Shown here: piece by piece, positions 8,859 to 18,054 of the stretch
Position numbering within the stretch: the first letter of the stretch is position 1
Layout of the letters: each line of letters opens with the position of its first letter
Virus record (IMG/VR): IMGVR_UViG_3300047300_001121
Coordinates: 17,389 to 81,388 of that record
Direction: 5' to 3' (one strand)
Length of the DNA: 64,000 nucleotides
Source: a virus
The notes under the pieces: model-generated
Seen by the model: the letters and a program-made list of their open reading frames with translations, nothing else
Told to the model about the DNA's origin: nothing
The model's database searches: none
Made by a program: the position numbers and the translations under genes

Positions 8859-9242
8859 ATGCAGGCAATTATCAACGTCGAGCTCGATGAGAAATGCGGG
8901 CCCGGCATGAGCGCAGCAACGCGCCTTGAGCTGGTCTTGGCAACCGTGCGCCTCGTGTTCACGCGAGCGATTGGCGACATCCGTGTCGTCGATTACGTAG
9001 GCCCGGACGGACCAGTCACAGAGAACACGGCGGTCATCACATTCGAGCACGCATCGGACAAGAACGCTGTGCTCGCGGCCATGTACAAGGTCGCCTACAA
9101 ATTCAACCAGGACTGCATCGCGATTCTGTTCTCGGATGGGGAGGGGCGCCTGGTCGGACCGGAGGCTGATCGCTGGGGCGGATTCAAGATCGAGTACTTC
9201 AAGCGCCCCGCGATGTACGAACTTTTGAAGGAGGCAGCATGA
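8859..9242 (+). CDS. Putative S-adenosylmethionine lyase (T3 SAMase-like)
   Basis: TENTAV...NQDCIAI resembles the recalled T3 0.3 motif TEEKTV...EQDCVLV. Confidence 0.55.
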   Translation: MQAIINVELDEKCGPGMSAATRLELVLATVRLVFTRAIGDIRVVDYVGPDGPVTENTAVITFEHASDKNAVLAAMYKVAYKFNQDCIAILFSDGEGRLVGPEADRWGGFKIEYFKRPAMYELLKEAA

Positions 9243-9457
9243 ACATCCCAGAACCCCACGAAGTCGACTCGCTCGAGAAAGCGGAGCAGGTCATTTCCGC
9301 CATTCAGCAAGCGGCCAAAGACCTGGTACTGAAGGCGCGCGAATACGGCATCGTGGTCACCATTGAAACGGAGCCCGTCAAGCCGCTGGCCATGGGCCAC
9401 TACGACATGGTGGTCACCACCAGACCCGGCCACGATATTTACAGGAACCAATCATGA
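9239..9457 (+). CDS. Hypothetical protein
   Basis: PLAMGHY motif, ATGA overlap. Confidence 0.65.
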   Translation: MNIPEPHEVDSLEKAEQVISAIQQAAKDLVLKAREYGIVVTIETEPVKPLAMGHYDMVVTTRPGHDIYRNQS

Positions 9458-9729
9458 GCACCACACAAGACACCCGCTTTGCGACCCGCGATCAGTTTTA
9501 CAAAGTGCTCTTGCGCTGGATGCCCGAGTGGACGTCTGGCATGCCCGAGGCAAAGCTCATTGCCGGCATTTTTGCGCAGGCATGGGACGACGGAATTGAC
9601 TGGTTCTTCAACACCCGCAACAAAGCGCTTCTGTTCTATTGCGACAAGACGGGACTCAACCCGCAAGTCATCGCCGATACGTACAGAAAGCACAACCGCG
9701 CACGAGCCAAACGACTGGGGATCGCATGA
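9454..9729 (+). CDS. Hypothetical protein
   Basis: ATGA overlap. Confidence 0.6.
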   Translation: MSTTQDTRFATRDQFYKVLLRWMPEWTSGMPEAKLIAGIFAQAWDDGIDWFFNTRNKALLFYCDKTGLNPQVIADTYRKHNRARAKRLGIA

Positions 9730-9917
9730 AGCGACAAGGATCTGGCCGCAAGGCCGTTGACGGCATCACCGGCGCAGACAAGCGCGTGAATGTCGTCCTG
9801 ACATCAGAACACCGCCGCCGCCTGGAGCAGCTTGCACCCAACGGGTTCAGCGCCTGGATCAGAGCAGCAATTGACACCGCCTGGGGCAAACAAAGAAAGG
9901 ACGCGCCCAATGCATAA
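9726..9917 (+). CDS. Ribbon-helix-helix-like DNA-binding protein
   Basis: GSGRK...RVNVVL...SAWIRAAID. Confidence 0.55.
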   Translation: MKRQGSGRKAVDGITGADKRVNVVLTSEHRRRLEQLAPNGFSAWIRAAIDTAWGKQRKDAPNA

Positions 9918-10158
9918 CACGACAGAAGTTTTCCATCACAGCATACTGCCCGTGCGCAACGGCGTGTACCTCACGCAAAGCGTTGACCCGGAAGACGGCA
10001 GGATCCTGAGCGACTGGATGTACAGCTACTTTGATGCCACCGACCGGGTCTGGGGTTGTGCAGCAATCACGCCAGCGGAAGCCCACTCGGTGCCGGACTA
10101 CGAGTTTGCCTGGCAGACCAAGAACTGGCGCGGCCTCACCGAGGAGGCGAAGGCATGA
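9910..10158 (+). CDS. Hypothetical protein
   Basis: PVRNGVY...WRGL. Confidence 0.65.
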   Translation: MHNTTEVFHHSILPVRNGVYLTQSVDPEDGRILSDWMYSYFDATDRVWGCAAITPAEAHSVPDYEFAWQTKNWRGLTEEAKA

Positions 10159-10817
10159 CCAAGTATCAATGCTCAGAAGGGAGGGTGCTTCAGGACCTGG
10201 TCAGCCACGAGATGCATGTCATCCGCGATGACGGCGCTCACCGCCACCTTCGCTTTAAGCGCCCCGACAGCAGCACGTACTGGTTCGACCTGATCACCTG
10301 GCCAGGCACGCTGTGCATTGACGGCGACTGCGGCACCTACGTGTTCCGTCGCCTCGAGGACATGTTCGAGTTCTTCCGCACCGACCGCGCGTACGCCTTG
10401 CGCAACGGCAACAAGCTGGCCATCAACCCTGGCTACTGGGGCGAGAAGCTGCAATCCATCTCGAGATTCGGGGAAGGCTTCAAGGAGTTCAGCGAGCAGC
10501 GCTTCCGCGACGCCGTCAAGGACGAGTTCGACATGTGGGTCGAAGGCGAAGAGCCAAACGAAGAGACCAAGGCGGCACTCTGGGAAGAGCTGGAGGACCG
10601 GGTCTTGTCGTACGCCAGCGATGGCGCCCACGACGCGGTCAGAGCTGCGATGGACTTCGAGCCCGATGACAGCGAAGTGCGGTTTGATATGCGCGACTTC
10701 TACGGCCACCGCCTCGAGGACTACACATTCCATTTCATCTGGTGCTGCTACGCGATTGCGTGGGGCATTCAGCTGTACGACGAGACCCAAACCGCAACAC
10801 AGAAAGAAGCAGCATGA
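10155..10817 (+). CDS. Conserved phage protein
   Basis: FDLITWPG...INPGYWGEKL...WCCYAIAWGI. Confidence 0.75.
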   Translation: MTKYQCSEGRVLQDLVSHEMHVIRDDGAHRHLRFKRPDSSTYWFDLITWPGTLCIDGDCGTYVFRRLEDMFEFFRTDRAYALRNGNKLAINPGYWGEKLQSISRFGEGFKEFSEQRFRDAVKDEFDMWVEGEEPNEETKAALWEELEDRVLSYASDGAHDAVRAAMDFEPDDSEVRFDMRDFYGHRLEDYTFHFIWCCYAIAWGIQLYDETQTATQKEAA

Positions 10818-11113
10818 ATTTGCAGGACCAACTCAACGCGAAGGCCGACAAGAAGCTGGAGGCCATCTACAGCAAGCTCTTCAACAACTTTATTCTCGAG
10901 TTTCGCAAAGCGACCGGCATCAACCTCGATTCTGAATACACGGCTCCGCCGGAGTTCAAGAGCCTGATCGCCGGATTGAGGATTCGCTACTGGGTCGGAG
11001 GCGGAGACGGACAGAAAGCCTTCGAGGTCGCGCGCGCCAAGCACCGCGAAATGTTCACCGCCGAGTTCATCCGCAAGGTGGAAGAGGCTCAAGAATTCCT
11101 GGAGGGCCAATGA
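10814..11113 (+). CDS. Hypothetical protein
   Basis: ATGA overlap. Confidence 0.6.
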   Translation: MNLQDQLNAKADKKLEAIYSKLFNNFILEFRKATGINLDSEYTAPPEFKSLIAGLRIRYWVGGGDGQKAFEVARAKHREMFTAEFIRKVEEAQEFLEGQ

Positions 11114-11283
11114 GCGACAACATCATTCCATTCAACAAGCCCAAAGAGCCCGAGCCGAAGTGCTCGTTCTGCGGCACACCCAAGAGCAAGGCCAAGAGCA
11201 TGATCAGCAGCAGTGACGGCATGCGCCACATCTGCGACCGCTGCATCGTCAAGGCAAAGCAACGACTGACGGAGGCCGCATGA
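11110..11283 (+). CDS. ClpX-type C4 zinc-finger protein (absent from ORF track)
   Basis: KCSFCG...ICDRCI. Confidence 0.7.
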   Translation: MSDNIIPFNKPKEPEPKCSFCGTPKSKAKSMISSSDGMRHICDRCIVKAKQRLTEAA

Positions 11284-11693
11284 AATCAGGCGCACCAATT
11301 GACACGCTGCACCACGCCCTGGCGCACGCAGCTCATGCAGCATTCCCGGAGATTGAATACGAAGACCGGGACTGGGAGCACTACAGCAAGACAAAGGAAG
11401 ACAAGCGCATCAAGAAGAAGCGCAAGCCCTCCGAGTACGACATGGAGGTGCGGGCGATGTTTCCGCAGACCTGGGGCTCAACCGCTCTCGGATTCGGCGG
11501 TATAGGCGGCGCAGCCATGACGACTGCATACACGGTTGTCGTTGAGTGCATGGGCGCCTACGCCGTGTATTTCGGTGGCCATCACGCATACACCATCACG
11601 CAACCGAACGATCAGTTCTTTGAGGACGTCGCAAAGCAACGCATGTCCGCCGTCCGCGGCGCACAGAAAGCCTACACAAGGGAGGCCGCATGA
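11280..11693 (+). CDS. Conserved phage protein
   Basis: FPQTWGSTALGFGGIGGAAMTTAYTVV. Confidence 0.75.
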   Translation: MKSGAPIDTLHHALAHAAHAAFPEIEYEDRDWEHYSKTKEDKRIKKKRKPSEYDMEVRAMFPQTWGSTALGFGGIGGAAMTTAYTVVVECMGAYAVYFGGHHAYTITQPNDQFFEDVAKQRMSAVRGAQKAYTREAA

Positions 11694-11872
11694 ACTGCTG
11701 CGACGCAAACGGCGACTGCCGACAGGGGCGTGACTGCCCCGTGCGAGCACAGCGCTACACGTCTCCAAAGACCAAGAGCAGCGAGATAACCGAGACCCTG
11801 CTCATCGTCGGTCTGATGTCCACCATCGCGATCTGCATCGGCATGCTCTGCAAACTGTGGAGCATGGCATGA
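11690..11872 (+). CDS. Small Cys-rich membrane protein
   Basis: MNCC...CRQGRDCPVR plus TM helix. Confidence 0.6.
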   Translation: MNCCDANGDCRQGRDCPVRAQRYTSPKTKSSEITETLLIVGLMSTIAICIGMLCKLWSMA

Positions 11873-12261
11873 AACCACAGAAGGCACTCGAGCTGGTGCT
11901 TCGGTACTCTCATCTGACAAAAACAATCAAGGGTTGCACGCGCCGCATTGGCGAACACCTAGAGCGGTGCAATGGAATCTCCGGAAAGCGGCAGGATCGC
12001 GACCAATACGGAGTGCAGGTACACGAGATCAAGGTGGACGCGAAAAACCGCGAAGTCGATCTGCATCTGGTCGAGTGGTACAAACCGTACTACAGCGGAG
12101 ATCACTACTACCCCACATGGGAGTGGCAACACATCAACGAACTCGAGCACAAAGAAGAGTGCCCGCACTGCTACGCTGCGCACTTGGCGATACAGGAGCG
12201 CAAACAAGCCCGAAAGCAGCTGGGCGCCGTAAAAGCTGCAATGTCACGAAGCACAGCATGA
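11869..12261 (+). CDS. Hypothetical protein
   Basis: CPHC motif; ATGA overlap. Confidence 0.6.
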   Translation: MKPQKALELVLRYSHLTKTIKGCTRRIGEHLERCNGISGKRQDRDQYGVQVHEIKVDAKNREVDLHLVEWYKPYYSGDHYYPTWEWQHINELEHKEECPHCYAAHLAIQERKQARKQLGAVKAAMSRSTA

Positions 12262-12381
12262 ACATCAAAATTTTCTGGCAGTCGGCTCGCTTCTTTCAGA
12301 GGCCTGGGCTGTATCTCAAAATCAACAACGCGCGATTCCGCGTCATCCCCTGGCCGCGATTCTGAACAACGAAAGTGCAAC

Positions 12382-12615
12382 ATGATTTCCGAAATTGACA
12401 TCAAAGACATGACCGAGCTGTACAACCTCAAGAACGGCGATAACTTCGCGTTCGCAGACGAGGAGCTCAAGACGCCACCAAATGCGCCGGACATTGATCC
12501 GACAGACATCTGGAAATTCCTCAAGGTCGACGGCATGTACGCCCAGATCCAGCAGGCAGCCGGGCCCATCTCGTTCGTGGCAGCCTGGACCAAGGTGCGG
12601 AAGGTTGGCCAATGA
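12382..12615 (+). CDS. Hypothetical protein
   Basis: Protein-like composition, overlap coupling. Confidence 0.6.
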   Translation: MISEIDIKDMTELYNLKNGDNFAFADEELKTPPNAPDIDPTDIWKFLKVDGMYAQIQQAAGPISFVAAWTKVRKVGQ

Positions 12616-12815
12616 CAATTAAGACAACAAGCGACGGCGCGGCGGCCGTGAACACGGAGCATTTCTGGATCCCGGTGTCGGAGGTGGCGCCGCCAGCTGG
12701 CGTCAAGCTGCTGCTGATCAACCGGAGATGGGGTGTCGCTCACCTGAGCATCTACCGCAAACAGGATGACTGGACGCACTGGCAGGCGCTGCCGAAATTT
12801 AAGGGGCGCTCATGA
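12612..12815 (+). CDS. DUF551-like protein
   Basis: WIPVSE...WTHWQALP. Confidence 0.6.
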   Translation: MTIKTTSDGAAAVNTEHFWIPVSEVAPPAGVKLLLINRRWGVAHLSIYRKQDDWTHWQALPKFKGRS

Positions 12816-13078
12816 GCCTGATGTGCCTATTCATTGGCGGACCTGCCGACGGAGAGCGTCGCATGGTCGAGGATCACATCAACGTGTATTCCGTTGACGA
12901 ATTCCCGCCGCTACCGAATGTGATGACGGCTCGGGCTGACACCCTCAAAGTGACGCGCCACCATTACGTGCGCAGAAAAATGACAAACGGGTGGTATGTG
13001 TTTCTGCACGACTCTCTACACCCGCGACAGATCGTTGACAAGTTAATCCGCGGCTACCGAAGCACGGATCCGCTCTAA
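12812..13078 (+). CDS. Hypothetical protein
   Basis: LFIGGPADG motif. Confidence 0.65.
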   Translation: MSLMCLFIGGPADGERRMVEDHINVYSVDEFPPLPNVMTARADTLKVTRHHYVRRKMTNGWYVFLHDSLHPRQIVDKLIRGYRSTDPL

Positions 13079-13429
13079 GGCCCACCAGGCAGCCTCGCGG
13101 TCGCGGGGCTTGGCCATGATGTTGGCGACAATCTTCTCGAGCTCGCGCTCCATGCGCTTCAGGCCGAGGTCAAACGCGTCGTGCTTCTCTTGCGCCCCAG
13201 CCTTGCCCTGGTCAAGCCAGGTGTGGCACGCGTAGCAAGCCCAAACTCCGGCCCAGTCGTGCGCCTTGAGCGCGCCGCCCTTGTTGTGCTTGGCCTGATT
13301 CGAGTGCGCCAGGACAACCGTCTCGGGGTTGTGATTGCACACCCCTGGCACGCGCATCTGACAAGGCATGCGCTCGGCCATTGAGCGGTAATGCGCATTC
13401 TCCTCGCGCTTGCTCTTCGGGAACATCAT
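13043..13429 (-). CDS. DUF1364 family putative nuclease
   Basis: CQMRVPGVCNHNPETVVLAH...ACYACH. Confidence 0.8.
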   Translation of the reverse strand: MMFPKSKREENAHYRSMAERMPCQMRVPGVCNHNPETVVLAHSNQAKHNKGGALKAHDWAGVWACYACHTWLDQGKAGAQEKHDAFDLGLKRMERELEKIVANIMAKPRDREAAWWALERIRASVAAD

Positions 13430-13857
13430 AGGCTCAGCGAGTCAACGCCTCCGCCGCTGTATGCGTCCAGCTCGCAGGCCAGCTCAACGGCTTTGATTGG
13501 ATCAAGCCCAAGGTGCAGAGCGGCCAGCGCAAAGTCTCGGCCAGAGCCAATGCCGTGGTGCTTGTGCTCCATCACCAGCGGCACAGGGAACCGCTCGTAC
13601 TGCAACACCTGGCCGGTCGGCGTGACGACCAGCATGCTGGCCTCCATGCCATCATCGTGCGGGTCTGGCCAGTCTTCCGCATTGGCTCCGTTCTCGAACC
13701 AGCGCAGCAACATCATCGAGACGTCGGCAGCACCAGAGAATCCAACCAGGTGGCCATTCACGCGGAAGATCTTGGTCATGCGACCGCTCTTGTTGTTACC
13801 TTCGCAGGCCATTCTGTCGGCGGCCATCACTCCGTTGGAATAAACAACTGTCGTCAT
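13426..13857 (-). CDS. HslV/proteasome-beta-like Ntn peptidase
   Basis: N-terminal MTT, AAD, KIF, GFSG, IGSG motifs. Confidence 0.7.
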   Translation of the reverse strand: MTTVVYSNGVMAADRMACEGNNKSGRMTKIFRVNGHLVGFSGAADVSMMLLRWFENGANAEDWPDPHDDGMEASMLVVTPTGQVLQYERFPVPLVMEHKHHGIGSGRDFALAALHLGLDPIKAVELACELDAYSGGGVDSLSL

Positions 13858-13868
13858 GCGCGCTTCCC

Positions 13869-14378
13869 TTACTTCACGAGACGCGCCACTGCACGCTCTG
13901 TTACCGAATCAATCACCTCCAGCGCCGCGATCACCTGAGTAATCTCGTCGCGGAACTTCTTCTGCACTGGCCGGCGGCCGGTACCGTTGCAGGCTTTGCA
14001 ATGCCTGGTAGACAACACCGGGGCGTCGTCCTGTAGATCGAACTTGCGTCCGTGACACTTGGGGCACACGGGGTCAACGTGATGCGACAAGGCCTGCATT
14101 GCCACGGTCTTGAGGGCGTGGCCATGAAGGCGCCAGTTTTTCTTGGCGCTGAGCTTCTTGACCATGGCCAGCACCGAGTTGTAGGCGCTCTCAATGGCTG
14201 TGTGCGAGCCGGCAAGATGGACGCGCATCAAGGGTCCAGCGACGGCTGAGTGGCGCCTCGAGGCAATGCCGAGGGCCACGATGTAGTCGGCGTCTGTGCG
14301 ATGGTCAGCATCGATCGTCAGATCCGACGTCGACATGGCCGTGCTCAGGCGTTCAAATGCTGAGGGGCGGTCACTCAT
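13869..14378 (-). CDS. Antiterminator Q-like protein
   Basis: CPKCHG...CKACNGTG zinc finger; end of nin-like operon. Confidence 0.55.
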   Translation of the reverse strand: MSDRPSAFERLSTAMSTSDLTIDADHRTDADYIVALGIASRRHSAVAGPLMRVHLAGSHTAIESAYNSVLAMVKKLSAKKNWRLHGHALKTVAMQALSHHVDPVCPKCHGRKFDLQDDAPVLSTRHCKACNGTGRRPVQKKFRDEITQVIAALEVIDSVTERAVARLVK

Positions 14379-14779
14379 TGCTTGGTCACCTTTCGCTGTT
14401 TGACACCAATCTCGCGAATGGTGATGCCGTGGACGTGCAGCATCAGCTTGCGCTTGATGACGTAGTCCTTTGTTCTTGTCACCGGAGACTTCGTGTCTTC
14501 CACCACGGTGTTGCCCTCGCGATCGATGTAGACGAAGTCGGCGATGTAAGTGACCTCACGCTCGAGGTAGCCGTCAGCGTTGCGCTTGGACGGCACCAGC
14601 AGGAATTTCTTCTGCAACTCGAGGTGGTCCAGGTCACCAATGGACTCGAGCAGCTTGAGCTCGGCGTATCGCCTGGCTTCCGCCTTCGAGTCAAAGGTAA
14701 TTCCGTCAATCTGGACCTTGACGGAGTTGTACTTGGAGCGGACGAGACGCGCTGAGCGCGGGAACTGCTGTGCTGCCAT
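14375..14779 (-). CDS. DUF1064 family endonuclease
   Basis: DGITFDSKAEA...YIADFVY...VEDTK. Confidence 0.85.
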   Translation of the reverse strand: MAAQQFPRSARLVRSKYNSVKVQIDGITFDSKAEARRYAELKLLESIGDLDHLELQKKFLLVPSKRNADGYLEREVTYIADFVYIDREGNTVVEDTKSPVTRTKDYVIKRKLMLHVHGITIREIGVKQRKVTKQ

Positions 14780-15060
14780 TACTGGTTGCTGTTGGCAGCC
14801 TCAGTCAGGGAATCGCTCGGCTGCAGGAGGACGGCCTTGCGGGGCGGGACAATCACAGTCTCGCCGGTGTGCAGGTTGCGGGCTCGCTTCTCGCCGCGTT
14901 GCACGGCGTAGACCTTGCCCAGACCAAACAGCATGACGGAATCGCCCTTGGCGACGGCGCGCTTGGTTACCGCGGCCGCGGCGGCGAGCACGGAACGGAC
15001 AACACTCTGCGACTGACCAGACACAAAGGCGGCCCGCTTGATGAATTCATTCTTCAGCAC
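14779..15060 (-). CDS. HU-family DNA-binding protein
   Basis: GDSVMLFGLGK...RARNLHTGE. Confidence 0.85.
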   Translation of the reverse strand: MLKNEFIKRAAFVSGQSQSVVRSVLAAAAAVTKRAVAKGDSVMLFGLGKVYAVQRGEKRARNLHTGETVIVPPRKAVLLQPSDSLTEAANSNQ

Positions 15061-15149
15061 TGTTGTTTTCCCCCAACAAAATGTTTACGTTGGAGCGTTT
15101 GTATCATAAAAACAACGGACGCGGAAGTTATTTGTTGGTGCGCAACAAT

Positions 15150-15623
15150 TTATGCGTAGTGCAGCACCGTCTCTACGTGGTTCCTCAGCTGGTCCTCGGT
15201 CATGTCCGAGTCGTTCAAAATCTTGTGCAGGATGACGTCGATGGTGTCCGAGTACAGGCCCTCGAATTCCTCTTCGCTCATGTTGGCGAAGCTGATGGAC
15301 TTGGCCTCCACGCGCACCTCGCCGCGGGCGTTGTACACAGCGTCAAAGCGCCCGGAGAGAATGATCAGGTCCTTGCGGAAGCGATCGAAGCTTGGCTTCA
15401 CCGGCTGGCCCTTGTATTCCTGGGGTGGCACGGTCTCGGACCAGATGTCGAAAGCGTACTTGGCCAGGGTGAACCACTTCTGCAGGAATTTGTAGTTCCT
15501 GATCTGCTTCACCTCTACGCGTACGGCGGACCCGGTCTTGACCTTGCGCAGCGCTTCGGCGTCTTCGTCGGTTGCGGGGGCCAGGCTGCCGCCAGGCTGG
15601 CGGATCATGACGAGCTCAGCCAT
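15150..15623 (-). CDS. DUF1367 family protein
   Basis: RNYKFLQKWF...SFDRFRK...AKSISFANMSEEEF. Confidence 0.85.
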   Translation of the reverse strand: MAELVMIRQPGGSLAPATDEDAEALRKVKTGSAVRVEVKQIRNYKFLQKWFTLAKYAFDIWSETVPPQEYKGQPVKPSFDRFRKDLIILSGRFDAVYNARGEVRVEAKSISFANMSEEEFEGLYSDTIDVILHKILNDSDMTEDQLRNHVETVLHYA

Positions 15624-15843
15624 TTAGCACCCCCAGCGAGAAGGGGCTGCAGCGACGACATTGGCACACCAGGCCAAGCGGCTTGCTTCGCTCCTCCGGA
15701 GTCATCTGCTCAAACAGACAATCGCTGCCCGGGTTGGCCGGCAATCCAAACGTAACAAACGGATTGACTTGGCCGCGCCGGGTGAGGCGCTCGAGGTCGG
15801 CAATGCGCCGCTCCATCTCTTGTATCTTCTGCTGGTCGCTCAT
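15616..15843 (-). CDS. Hypothetical protein
   Basis: CQCRRC; operon packing. Confidence 0.55.
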   Translation of the reverse strand: MSDQQKIQEMERRIADLERLTRRGQVNPFVTFGLPANPGSDCLFEQMTPEERSKPLGLVCQCRRCSPFSLGVLNG

Positions 15844-16199
15844 GGCATCACCCTCCCAATTTCGGCGGCTGCCCGCACGATGGCGCGACGGGTAGCGGCG
15901 TATGGGTCGTCGCCGTGAACCTCATGATGGAGAAAAGGCCAGCCATCAGCGTCGGGCCATTTGACCCATGTCGCTGCGTTTCGCACCTGGAAGTCGATTT
16001 GCAACTTCACCGCCAGCCGCAGCGCATCGCCATCGTCGTCAAGTGGGTTCCAGCCAGGGAAGTATTCGATGTCGTTGAAGGAGTCGACCAGCAGCAGCCC
16101 AGGCACTTCGTATTCGTAGGCGGGACACTCAACCCACTTCCATTTTTCACCAGTCGCATTTGCAGCGAGCCCCAACAGTTCGCGATCGGTATCAGCCAC
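15840..16199 (-). CDS. Conserved phage protein
   Basis: WNPLDDDGDALRLAVKL...ATRRAIVRAAAEIG. Confidence 0.75.
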   Translation of the reverse strand: MADTDRELLGLAANATGEKWKWVECPAYEYEVPGLLLVDSFNDIEYFPGWNPLDDDGDALRLAVKLQIDFQVRNAATWVKWPDADGWPFLHHEVHGDDPYAATRRAIVRAAAEIGRVMP

Positions 16200-16551
16200 G
16201 GATCGGCTCCCACACCGGGACGCCGGCTTCTCGTGCAATCTTGACCATGTGCCGAGTTCCAGGACCGCCCGGAAATGCGATCACGCCATCGACCTGCTGG
16301 TCCAGCATCCACTGGTTGCGAATGGGTCCAGCGGCATCACCGTGCCGTTCCCAATCGGCAGGCGCCGTCAGGTACGGAATGGCAGCGGCATGCGCCCACC
16401 TGGCGGCCAGGCTATCCGCACCCTTGGCGCCGCCGGTGATCAACAGCGCAATACCGTGCCGCTCGTGAGCCATCGTCAAAACGCGGTCAACAGCGCCGGC
16501 ATCTCGCCATTCGCGGCCACCGCACACAATGAGTTTCTTTCCTTCAGACAT
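16192..16551 (-). CDS. DUF2493/YspA SLOG-family protein
   Basis: VCGGR, GGAKGAD, AAGPIRN, AFPGGPGT. Confidence 0.85.
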   Translation of the reverse strand: MSEGKKLIVCGGREWRDAGAVDRVLTMAHERHGIALLITGGAKGADSLAARWAHAAAIPYLTAPADWERHGDAAGPIRNQWMLDQQVDGVIAFPGGPGTRHMVKIAREAGVPVWEPIRG

Positions 16552-16566
16552 AAATCAACTCCAACA

Positions 16567-17067
16567 TCAAACCGTAGCCTCGTGCCTCGCGTACTCCCCG
16601 TGGTGCGCAACACGAGAGCTCTTGATCGCGTCGGCCGCGTCACCAATATCATCGAACAACCCGACGTAGATCGTCTTTCCATCCTTCTTGAATCGAGCCT
16701 GCCACTTTCCTGTGATGCGGTGCCAGTAGACACCCTTGACGCCAGATGAGTTGTTTATACTCATCTTCCTGTTGGCCATATTTTGTGAGCGCGTCACCTC
16801 CCTTAGATTGTCAATCCTGTTGTTTCCGGGATTTCCATCGATGTGATCAACCTCCATCGGAAATCTTCCGTGGTGCATAAGAAAGATAATTTGATGGGCC
16901 CTATACACTCGACCGAGAACCCTTACAACACGGTAGCCAAGTGACTCTGTGCTGCCAGCCTCGTCGCCAACTCGAGTGTGGTTGGCCCTTGGCAACTTCT
17001 TCCAAAAAATCTTTCCGTCAAGGTAATCAAAGTACTCGTGTGCTTGATCAAATGTGATTGTCTTCAT
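16567..17067 (-). CDS. HNH homing endonuclease with AP2 domain
   Basis: VDHIDGNPGNNRIDNLR; NSSGVKGV; low GC. Confidence 0.9.
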   Translation of the reverse strand: MKTITFDQAHEYFDYLDGKIFWKKLPRANHTRVGDEAGSTESLGYRVVRVLGRVYRAHQIIFLMHHGRFPMEVDHIDGNPGNNRIDNLREVTRSQNMANRKMSINNSSGVKGVYWHRITGKWQARFKKDGKTIYVGLFDDIGDAADAIKSSRVAHHGEYARHEATV

Positions 17068-17219
17068 TCCGCAATACTCCCAACCTTAACCAAGCCCACG
17101 CCATCGCCAAGACAAAACAATGCCCAGCTGACGACGCTGTCGGGCACATCTAATCCAGCTTGCACCATATCGAGAAGGCGATGCGCCTCGAGCTCTTCAT
17201 GATTGCAGTTGTTACGCAT
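17064..17219 (-). CDS. Hypothetical protein
   Basis: AHRLLD...WAL..LGD. Confidence 0.5.
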   Translation of the reverse strand: MRNNCNHEELEAHRLLDMVQAGLDVPDSVVSWALFCLGDGVGLVKVGSIAE

Positions 17220-18054
17220 CTCGCATCTCCTTGCGCGCCGTGGCGCGGTATGAGTTCCAGTCAAAGGGGAGCCAGCGCGCAGTCTCGGTGAGTCGGTCAA
17301 ACACACGGTCGCCGATTGCCGCACGGAACTCATCCTTGCCCAGGTTGGTCATCAGGATCACCGGCCGCATCGCGCGATACCGGCGGTCCAGCACGTCAAA
17401 CAAAATCGCCCGCTCGCCATCGGTGCCGTACTGCACGCCGATCTCGTCGATCACCAGCAGGGGCACACCCTGCAATCGCCCGAGCAGCTTGGCCTCCGTC
17501 ATCTCACTGTCGCGGCGCCAGGTGTCACGCAACATCCGGATCAGGTCCATCAGCGTCACGTAGACACCGACATGCCTGGGCAGGATGGCTTGCAGGATGG
17601 CGCCGGCGAGATGACTCTTGCCCGTCCCGGGTTGGCCAGACATGATCAGCGACGTGCCGATCTTCAGGTGCCGGTCGAAGTTCTCAGCGAATGCGCGGCA
17701 GACCTCGAGCGCCTTTTTCTGGCCGTCGTTTTCGGCGCGGTAGTTGTCGAGGGTCTTGCCAATGAAGCGGGGAGGGATGGCGGTCTGCGCCAGGGCCTCT
17801 TCGATTCTGGCCTTGAGCTCGTTCTGTCGCGCAACCTCAGCCTGCTTGACGGCCTCGGCCTCAGCATCCTTCGCGCATGCCGGGCAACCCATCCAGACGT
17901 CGCGAGGCGGGTTTGCGATCAGCAGCCGGTATCCGGTCGCGGTGTACTCGCCGTGCTTGTCGCAGACGCGAACGGAAGGCTCGAGGGCTTGGGTCGGCAG
18001 GGAGCCGCTGACCACGCGCCAGGGACCGATCGAATCAGGAGAAGCTGCCGTCAT
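17212..18054 (-). CDS. DnaC/IstB-like helicase loader
   Basis: Walker A GQPGTGKS, Walker B LLVIDE, RVFDRL. Confidence 0.9.
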   Translation of the reverse strand: MTAASPDSIGPWRVVSGSLPTQALEPSVRVCDKHGEYTATGYRLLIANPPRDVWMGCPACAKDAEAEAVKQAEVARQNELKARIEEALAQTAIPPRFIGKTLDNYRAENDGQKKALEVCRAFAENFDRHLKIGTSLIMSGQPGTGKSHLAGAILQAILPRHVGVYVTLMDLIRMLRDTWRRDSEMTEAKLLGRLQGVPLLVIDEIGVQYGTDGERAILFDVLDRRYRAMRPVILMTNLGKDEFRAAIGDRVFDRLTETARWLPFDWNSYRATARKEMRDA

